A DNA stretch of 64,000 nt from an uncultured Acidobacteriota bacterium (GTDB lineage: Bacteria > Acidobacteriota > Thermoanaerobaculia > Multivoradales > UBA5704): positions 1,504,001 to 1,568,000 of the forward strand of contig CAVYRF010000001.1 of NCBI GenBank assembly GCA_963770895.1, read 5' to 3'. Position 1 is the stretch's first letter; each line of letters opens with the position of its first letter. Both the position numbers and the translations under genes were made by a program. This document shows, in pieces, positions 57,230-64,000 of this stretch. The notes beneath the pieces were generated by a model. It was given only the letters and a program-made list of their open reading frames with translations. It was not told the origin of the DNA and made no database searches.

Positions 57230-57509
57230 GATCCCCCCGCGGCGCCCCCCAGCATGCGCCCATCTTCTACGCGATGAAAGGAGTACGAAAGGACCAGGCT
57301 GGGCAGGTGATCAGCAGGCCTCGAGGGTGATTTGGAGGACCCTATCGCCTGTATGTCTGCTCATGGCGCAGCCGGCCTCGGCCCACCCGCGCTTCAGGAG
57401 CGGGGAGAGGGTGTGTCCTGCCGGGCCGGGCGCGGCAGACACCGGCAGATCCGTATACCATTGACGATTCGTTGAGGATCGGCATTGCGCGAAGCCACGG
57501 AGGCAGCGG

Positions 57510-60500
57510 TTGAGTCACGATGATTCAGAGACCGCGTCGCTCTGTTCCGATGGCCCTTCGCCGGCCGCCGGTGCGGCTGCGCCGATCTTCCTGCCGGGCG
57601 AGATGGCCGCCAACCGCTTCCGCGTGGTGGGTCTGCTCGGCCAGGGAGGCATGGCGCAGGTGTTCCAGGCCGAAGACCTCGAGCTGGGCCAGGGCGTGGC
57701 CATCAAGGTCATCCGGCCCGAGCTGGCCGCCAGCCGCCGGGCCGGCGAGCTGCTGCGGCGCGAGGTGCTCCTGGCGCGCCGGATCACCCATCCCAACGTC
57801 TGCCGGATCTTCAACGTCTTCCATCACCAACCGGCTCCGGCGGCGGACCCTGGGCTGACGGGCGAGGACGGCCGGGAGGCCGCGCCGCCGAGCGTGCTGC
57901 TGCTGGTCATGGAGCTGCTGCGCGGCGAGACCCTGGCGCAACGGCTCGCTGCCGGCGGTCCGTTGACCGCGGCCGAAGCGCTGCCGATCGTGCGCCAGCT
58001 GGCGGAGGCGCTGGACGCGGCGCATCGCGCCCAGGTGGTGCACGGCGACTTCAAGAGCAGCAACGTGATCGTCGAGCGGACCTGGCGCGGGCCCAGGGCG
58101 GTGGTGACCGACTTCGGGCTGTCGCAGCACGCGTCGACGGCCGCGGACTGTGCCGGCGGCACCACCGCCTACATGGCCCCCGAGCAGCGGATGCGGCGCC
58201 AGGTCACGCCGGCAAGCGACATCTATGCTCTGGGGATCGTGATTTTCGAAATGGTCTGTGGCAGCCGTCCGCTCGCCGCCGAGATGGGCGCCGCCGTCGC
58301 CATGCCGCTCGACCCGAGGCTCGCCGCTGCCGCGCCGCCACGCTGGCCGCGGCTGCCGGCGGGTTGGGAGGCGATCCTGGTGCGCTGCCTGGCGCCCGCG
58401 GCCGGCGACCGCCCGGCCAGCGCTGGCGAGGTTGCGGCGGCACTCGCCCAAAGCGTCGCCAGGCAGCCGGCGCCGGGTGCCGGGCCGGCGCAGCGCGGGC
58501 GCGCGATCGGTTGGGCGCGCACCCTGGTGCGCTACGCCCTGGCCTTGGGCTGTCTCTGCCTGGTGGCGCCCGGCCGCGCCGGCATGGAGAGGGCGGCCGG
58601 CGCACCGGCGGCAGCGGAGAGCGCGGTGCGGGCGGCGGCCGGGGCATCCGACCCGGGCGCCGCCGCCGGCGCGGAGGGCGCCGCGGCAGACCTGGGTGCC
58701 ACGGCGCGGCAGGTGGTGGCCGTCGCCGATCTGGTGGATGGCTCGGCACCGCCCGCCGAGCCATGGTTGAGGGCGGCCCTGGGCCATGCGATCGCCACCG
58801 AGATCGCCGCTGGCGGCAGCGGCAGGGTCGAGGTCCTGCGGGCGGCGGCGCCCGGTCCGGGCGCGGATCGCCGGCCGCCCGCCGGCACGGAGCTGCTGGT
58901 GAGCGGTTCCTTTGCGGTGGCCGGCGAGGTGGCCGGGCAGCGCCTGCGGATCGACCTCACGCTCGTCCGGGCACCGACAGGGGCGCGTCTCGCCACCCTT
59001 CACGAAGCGGGAAGCCGGGCCGATGCCGCCGGCCTGATTTCGCGGCTCGGCTTCCGCCTGCGCCGGGCGATCGGCATCGCCGACCCCCAGCGGGAGGAGC
59101 GCGCGGCGATGCTGGCGTCGCGGCCCGCGACCCTCGAGGCCGAGGGCCTGCTGGCCGACGGTCTGGCCCAGCTCGAGCGCGGCCAGGCGGTCGAGGCGCG
59201 CGCCGTGCTCGGCCGCGCGCTCGCGGCCGACCGGTCCTTTCCGCTCACCCATGCGGCGCTGGCGCGGGCGAGCGTCGAGCTGGGCGACGGCCGGCGGGCG
59301 CGGCAAGAGGCTGCGTACGCGGCGCAACAGCCACGACGTCTGCCGGAGCAGCCGCGGCTCGAGATCGCCGCCGTCGCCAAGCGGGCCGACGACGACCTGG
59401 CCGGCGCCGAGGGTATGTTGCGGGCGCTGTGGCGGTTCGCGCCCCACCACCTCGACTACGGCGTGCAGCTCGCCGAGGCGCAGCTGGCGGGCGGTGAGGC
59501 GGCGGCGGCGCTCGCGACGGTCGAGCGCCTTGCCGGCAGCGGCCTGGGGGACGAGATGGCGGCGCGGGCCGATCTGGTGGCGGCGCACGCTCGCTCGATC
59601 CAGGCGGATTTCCGGGCATCGCTGGCGGCGGCGCTGGCGGCTGCCAGCCGGGCCAGGCGGACCGGAGCCGCCTCGCTGCTGGCTGCCGCCCGGCTCGCCG
59701 AGGCCGACGCGCGCGCCGAGGGTGGCGACGCCGTGCAGGTCGGTGCCGCGCTGGCGGAAGCGCGCGACATCTACCGGCGGCTCGGCTTCCGCGCCGGCGA
59801 GGCAGACGTCCTCTACCGGCGGGCGGCGCTGGTGCTGCGCGCCGGTCAGCCGCGCCAGGCCGTGGCGCTCGACGAGGAGGCACTGGCGATCTTCGACGCC
59901 GCCGGGTGCGCCCGTGGATCGGCGGTGGCCGACCTGGCGATCGGCCGCTACTGGCACACCCAGCACGCGTTGCCGCGTGCCGGGGCGCTGCTCGAGCGGG
60001 CGCTGGCGGCGTTCCGCAGCCTCGGCGACCGTGCCGACGAAGCCCAGGCGCTCAACGCCCTGTCGTTCGTGGCCTTCGACAGCGGCGATTTCCTCAAGGC
60101 CCAGAAGCTGCTCGAGGACGAGGTGGGCGTCGATTCGGGAATCGGCGACCGCAAGGGCCTCAGCCGGGCGCTGATCAATCTCGGCGACTTCGAGTGCCTG
60201 CACGGCGACGTCCATGCCAGCCGCCAGCACCTCGAAGAGGCGTTGCGGCTGGCGCAGGCGCTCGGCGACAAGACCCTCGAAGCCTTCGCGCATGTGAATC
60301 TCGCCGTGGTGCTGTTTGCCGAGCGCGACCTGCACGGTGCCGGCGTCGAGGCATGGCGGTCCGCCAGCGTCGCGCGCCAGGCCAACTTCCCCTACCTGCA
60401 ACGCCGGGCGCTGCAGGTGCTCTCGGCGGTGCTCCTCCTGGAGCGCAGGTTCCAGCCGGCGGAAAACGTTCTCGGCCAGGCCCTGGCCCTGGGGGGCGAG

Positions 60501-61079
60501 CACGGCGATCCGACCTACGAGTCGGTGCTGCTCCTCTTGGCGCGCATCGAGCTTTGGCAAGGGAAGATCGCCGAGGGCGAGCGCGCGGTCCGCCAGGCGC
60601 AGGCGATGATGCCGGCGATGGAGCCGCCCGTCGAGCCGCTCGCGGTGCTGGCCTGGGCGCTGGCCGCGCGCGGCGACCTGGTGGCGGCGCGGGCGGCGGC
60701 CGAGCGCGCGGCGCGGCTGGTGTCCAAGGCGACCGACCACGATGACCGCCTGCTGGTGGCCATCGGCAGCGCGCGGGTGGCGCTGGCGGGCAACGACGCT
60801 GCGGCAGCGGCACAGGGGCTCGAAGCGGCGCTGCGGCAGACCGCGCTTTCGCCCCGGCCCGATCTGCGCTACGAAGCGCGCCTGCTGCGCGACGCCGCGC
60901 TGCTCGCCGGCGGCGGCCGTGCGGGGAGCGGCGTTGCCAGCGTCGTGGCAGCCGACGACCTGCGGGCGCTGGCACAGGAGGCCCGCCGGCTGCGCTTCGA
61001 GCTGATCGCGCGCGAGGCCGAGCGGCAGCTCGCGGCGGCCGCACCTGCAAGCGGCAGGTCGGCCGGAAACCATGGGTGA
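57510..61079 (+). CDS. Ser/Thr protein kinase with TPR-rich C-terminus
   Basis: 'LGQGGMAQV', 'VAIK', 'HGDFKSSN', 'DFG', 'YMAPE', followed by TPR-like repeats. Confidence 0.88.
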   Translation: MSHDDSETASLCSDGPSPAAGAAAPIFLPGEMAANRFRVVGLLGQGGMAQVFQAEDLELGQGVAIKVIRPELAASRRAGELLRREVLLARRITHPNVCRIFNVFHHQPAPAADPGLTGEDGREAAPPSVLLLVMELLRGETLAQRLAAGGPLTAAEALPIVRQLAEALDAAHRAQVVHGDFKSSNVIVERTWRGPRAVVTDFGLSQHASTAADCAGGTTAYMAPEQRMRRQVTPASDIYALGIVIFEMVCGSRPLAAEMGAAVAMPLDPRLAAAAPPRWPRLPAGWEAILVRCLAPAAGDRPASAGEVAAALAQSVARQPAPGAGPAQRGRAIGWARTLVRYALALGCLCLVAPGRAGMERAAGAPAAAESAVRAAAGASDPGAAAGAEGAAADLGATARQVVAVADLVDGSAPPAEPWLRAALGHAIATEIAAGGSGRVEVLRAAAPGPGADRRPPAGTELLVSGSFAVAGEVAGQRLRIDLTLVRAPTGARLATLHEAGSRADAAGLISRLGFRLRRAIGIADPQREERAAMLASRPATLEAEGLLADGLAQLERGQAVEARAVLGRALAADRSFPLTHAALARASVELGDGRRARQEAAYAAQQPRRLPEQPRLEIAAVAKRADDDLAGAEGMLRALWRFAPHHLDYGVQLAEAQLAGGEAAAALATVERLAGSGLGDEMAARADLVAAHARSIQADFRASLAAALAAASRARRTGAASLLAAARLAEADARAEGGDAVQVGAALAEARDIYRRLGFRAGEADVLYRRAALVLRAGQPRQAVALDEEALAIFDAAGCARGSAVADLAIGRYWHTQHALPRAGALLERALAAFRSLGDRADEAQALNALSFVAFDSGDFLKAQKLLEDEVGVDSGIGDRKGLSRALINLGDFECLHGDVHASRQHLEEALRLAQALGDKTLEAFAHVNLAVVLFAERDLHGAGVEAWRSASVARQANFPYLQRRALQVLSAVLLLERRFQPAENVLGQALALGGEHGDPTYESVLLLLARIELWQGKIAEGERAVRQAQAMMPAMEPPVEPLAVLAWALAARGDLVAARAAAERAARLVSKATDHDDRLLVAIGSARVALAGNDAAAAAQGLEAALRQTALSPRPDLRYEARLLRDAALLAGGGRAGSGVASVVAADDLRALAQEARRLRFELIAREAERQLAAAAPASGRSAGNHG

Positions 61080-63048
61080 AGATGAGATGGACGACCGGCC
61101 GGCGGCGCCCGCACGGCGCGGTCCGCGATACTGCCTGCGCGGGCTGGTGCGGGGAAGGGAGCGCCGCTTCTTCCTGCTGCCGGGGATCAACCAGGTCGGC
61201 AGCCTGGCGAGCGGCGAAATCGTGCTGGCGGAGAAAGGCATCTCCCGCCGCCATGCCGCGATCGCCGTCGAGGGCGACAGCGTCACCCTGCGCGACCTGG
61301 GGAGCAAGAACGGGACGCTGCACAACGGGTTCGCCGCGGTCGAGGCGCACCTGGTCGCCGGCGACCAGGTGCAGCTCGGCGGGCGCGGCGGTGTGCAGCT
61401 CGAGCTCGAACGGCTGAGCGGCGCCGACGGCGAGCTGGCCATTCACTTCGGCAGGTCGGCGGCGATCCAGGGCGGGGAGGCGGCGGAGACCTCGCTGCTC
61501 GCCGGGAGGGCCGGCGAGCTGCTGGCCGCGGTCGACAGGCTGATCGACCAGCTGCAAGCGGCGGGGGAGGACGAATCGACCGCGACCGCCGCCGCCTTGC
61601 GCACGCTGGTCGCGGCGTGCGGCGCGACCGGGGCGATCGCCGGCAGCTGGGACGGAGTGGGCGAGCCCGTGGCGCTGGCGGCCTGCGGCGACGCCGCCGC
61701 GGCGAGCGCGGCGCCGGAACAGATGATGGCGGCCCTGGCGGCGATCCGCGAGTGCGCCGCCCACGATGTCCCTGGCGGGTCTGCCGGCGGTGCGATCTGG
61801 CGGGGTCTTGGCCCGCCGGCTGGTGGGGGTTCGGCGTGCGGCCGGCTGTCGTCGTCCGGCGGCGGCCTGCTCTACCTGGCGATCTTCGGCGCGATCGAAC
61901 ATGACAGCGGCGTGGCGCAAGGGCTGGCGCGGATCTTCCTGCAGCTGCTCGACCGTCGCCAGGTCGCGACCGGTGCGGTGGTGCAGGGGCCGGCCGCGTC
62001 GCCGGCTCGGCCGGGGCAGGCGGCAGGAGGACCAGAGCTGGTGCTGCCCGAGGGCTACGTGCGCAGCCAGTCGCCGGCCATGGAGCAGGTCTACACGGCG
62101 GTGGCCGAGCTTGCCGGGTCGGACCTGGGCCTGCTGATCGAAGGCGAGACCGGGGTCGGCAAGGAGTGCCTGGTCCGCATGCTGCACGCCTCGTCGCCGC
62201 GCGCCGGCGAGCCGTTCGTCGCCATCAACTGCGCGGCGATCCCGGCCGAGCTGCTGGAAGCGGAGCTGTTCGGCATCCGCAAGGGGGTGGCAACCGGCGT
62301 CGAAGAGCGGCGGGGCCGCTTCCAGCAGGCGGCTGGCGGCACGCTGTTCCTCGACGAGGTGGCCGACCTGCCGCCGGGCCTGCAGGGCAAGCTGTTGCGG
62401 GTGCTGCAGGAACGGATGGTCGAGCCGGTGGGCGGCACGCCGCGGCCGTTGCACGCGCGGATCGTCGCCGCGACCAACCGCCGCCTCGACGAGGAGGTGG
62501 CGCAGGGGCGTTTCCGCGCCGACCTGTACTACCGCATCGCCGGTTACGTGCTGCAGGTGCCGCCCTTGCGCGGCCGGCGCCAGGACATCCCGCTGCTGCT
62601 CGAAAGCCTGGCCTGGCGCGAGGCGAAGGCGGCCGGCAAGCGGCTCCATGGCGTCACGCTGAGCGCGCTCGGGGCGCTGGTCGCCTACTCCTGGCCGGGC
62701 AACGTCCGCGAGCTGGAGAACGAGGTGCGGAGCATGGTGCGCCGCTGCCCGGCGGGCGGCGCCATCGACTCGTCCATGCTCTCCGCCGCGGTGCTGCGCG
62801 GCGGTTCGCCGCGCGCCGCCGCCGCGCCGGGAGACCCGCAAGGAGAGCTGGACAGCGATCTGGATCTGGGGCTCCAGGGGGCGGTCGAGCGCCTGGAGCG
62901 GCGCTTGATCCTGCGCGCCATCGAGCGCACGGCGGGCAACCGTTCGCAGGCCGCGAGGCTTCTCGGCATCTCGCGCAACGGCCTGGCGGAGAAGATGGGG
63001 CGCCTGCGCATCACCTTGCGGTTGCAGGCCGGCGGTCAGGACGGCTGA
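61072..63048 (+). CDS. FHA-domain sigma-54-dependent transcriptional activator (Fis HTH)
   Basis: FHA 'ISRRHA..DLGSKNGT'; Walker A 'GETGVGKE'; 'GVATGV' loop; 'LFLDEV'; 'WPGNVRELEN'; HTH 'GNRSQAARLLGISR'. Confidence 0.9.
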   Translation: MGEDEMDDRPAAPARRGPRYCLRGLVRGRERRFFLLPGINQVGSLASGEIVLAEKGISRRHAAIAVEGDSVTLRDLGSKNGTLHNGFAAVEAHLVAGDQVQLGGRGGVQLELERLSGADGELAIHFGRSAAIQGGEAAETSLLAGRAGELLAAVDRLIDQLQAAGEDESTATAAALRTLVAACGATGAIAGSWDGVGEPVALAACGDAAAASAAPEQMMAALAAIRECAAHDVPGGSAGGAIWRGLGPPAGGGSACGRLSSSGGGLLYLAIFGAIEHDSGVAQGLARIFLQLLDRRQVATGAVVQGPAASPARPGQAAGGPELVLPEGYVRSQSPAMEQVYTAVAELAGSDLGLLIEGETGVGKECLVRMLHASSPRAGEPFVAINCAAIPAELLEAELFGIRKGVATGVEERRGRFQQAAGGTLFLDEVADLPPGLQGKLLRVLQERMVEPVGGTPRPLHARIVAATNRRLDEEVAQGRFRADLYYRIAGYVLQVPPLRGRRQDIPLLLESLAWREAKAAGKRLHGVTLSALGALVAYSWPGNVRELENEVRSMVRRCPAGGAIDSSMLSAAVLRGGSPRAAAAPGDPQGELDSDLDLGLQGAVERLERRLILRAIERTAGNRSQAARLLGISRNGLAEKMGRLRITLRLQAGGQDG

Positions 63049-64000
63049 GCCGCTGGTCGCTGCCAGCTGCCGGGGGGCGGTTCGATCAGGTCGATGCCGG
63101 GCGGGCCGCTGTCGATGCCGGACGTCAGGTTGACTGCCAGGCATGCCAGCGCGGCCTCGCCGCCGTACAGGCCGGCCAGCGGCCAATCCGCCCGATCGCA
63201 GAGCAGGGTCGATAGCGCCAAGTCCTGAGCCGCCTTGCGCCATGGCCCGCCGGCGTCCTGGCGGGCGAGCGGCAGCAGGGCGAAGGCGCAGCCGGCGGCG
63301 CCGCAGCACAGGTCTGCGTAGGCGGGAGGGTGGCGGATCACCAGCGCGCCGGCGGAGCGGGCCGCGGCAAGCAGCGACGAGTCCCCCAGGAGCTCGGCGG
63401 CGCGAGCGGCGAGGAAGGCAAAGCCGCTGAGCCCGCCACACAGCCGGGAGCACGAGGGCGCGTCGCCGGTCGAGCGCTGGTGGGCATCGAGCGCGGCGGC
63501 CACCAGGGAGGTCAGGGAAGGCGCGAACCACCTCGGGATGTCGCATCGGGCGGCGGCCGACCACAGGAGGATGGCGAGGAAGGCTCCGGCCGGACCGTGC
63601 GCCAGCCCTGGGCCACGCCCTTCCCAGGTCGTGGTTTCGCCGCCGCCCGCCGCGGGTCGTACGGCGCGTCGCATCAGGGCGGCGCAGAGCTCGGCGCCCA
63701 GGTCGAGCAACGCGGCGTCGCGCAGGTGGTCGAAGAGGATCGCGGTGGCTGCCAGGCACCCCGCGGTCCCCATGTACAGGTCTGCGGTGCCCTCGGCCGT
63801 GGTGCGGCACAGCTCGGCGAAGCGCGTCAAGGCACGCCGTCTGGTGCGGCGGTCGTCGCGGGAGTGAGCGACCAGGGCGCGAACCAGGTAGAGACCGGTA
63901 TGGCCGAAGAGGTAGGCGCCGCTGGATATGGCATCCGCCGACAGGGCGCGTTTGTCGACGAAAGCGAAGCGGTGGCGCTGGCCGGCAAGGGTGGCGCGGA
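63036..64000 (-). CDS. LanC-like (lanthionine cyclase fold) protein, 5' part outside the window
   Basis: Frame is open to the window edge. 'DLYMGTAG', 'GLAHGPAG', 'LCGGLSG', 'LCCGAAG', 'GLYGGEA'. Confidence 0.75.
   Translation of the reverse strand, partial: RATLAGQRHRFAFVDKRALSADAISSGAYLFGHTGLYLVRALVAHSRDDRRTRRRALTRFAELCRTTAEGTADLYMGTAGCLAATAILFDHLRDAALLDLGAELCAALMRRAVRPAAGGGETTTWEGRGPGLAHGPAGAFLAILLWSAAARCDIPRWFAPSLTSLVAAALDAHQRSTGDAPSCSRLCGGLSGFAFLAARAAELLGDSSLLAAARSAGALVIRHPPAYADLCCGAAGCAFALLPLARQDAGGPWRKAAQDLALSTLLCDRADWPLAGLYGGEAALACLAVNLTSGIDSGPPGIDLIEPPPGSWQRPAAQPS

Noticed and set aside
57525-63810. Long antisense ORFs (1305 aa and 1211 aa; similar ones lie opposite the NRPS/PKS genes)
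   Set aside because: Typical high-GC shadows of real genes, with no recognisable motifs.

Overview
High-GC bacterial window, most likely Acidobacteriota (Thermoanaerobaculia-like), judging from the ADOP permease, the ELWxxDGT protein and the kinase-TPR/FHA-sigma54 pair. Its core (about 4.9-48.1 kb) is a non-collinear hybrid NRPS-PKS cluster. The leftward operon encodes a class I SAM-dependent enzyme, a PhpK-like radical SAM enzyme fused to half a condensation (C) domain, and a stand-alone half-C/A/T protein whose hand-read code resembles homoserine-activating domains. The rightward run encodes a type II thioesterase with a Cys nucleophile (GHCLG), a hotdog thioesterase and an MFS exporter. 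It continues with NRPS1 (truncated FAAL-ACP, an Ala module and two A-less modules), a KS-AT-KR0-ACP PKS, a free-standing C domain, a four-module NRPS2 with TE and a second PhpK-like radical SAM enzyme. An ABC permease and a secreted M49 (DPP III) peptidase follow. My best inference is an off-line system that builds and methylates a residue on a free carrier and shuttles it into the A-less modules. The cluster is flanked by mobile-element debris: an IS21-like end, a DUF3631 gene with iteron-like repeats, an IS3 remnant and a TOPRIM fragment. The right end holds signalling genes and a partial LanC-like gene. All domain and substrate calls were made by eye from motifs; no database search was run.
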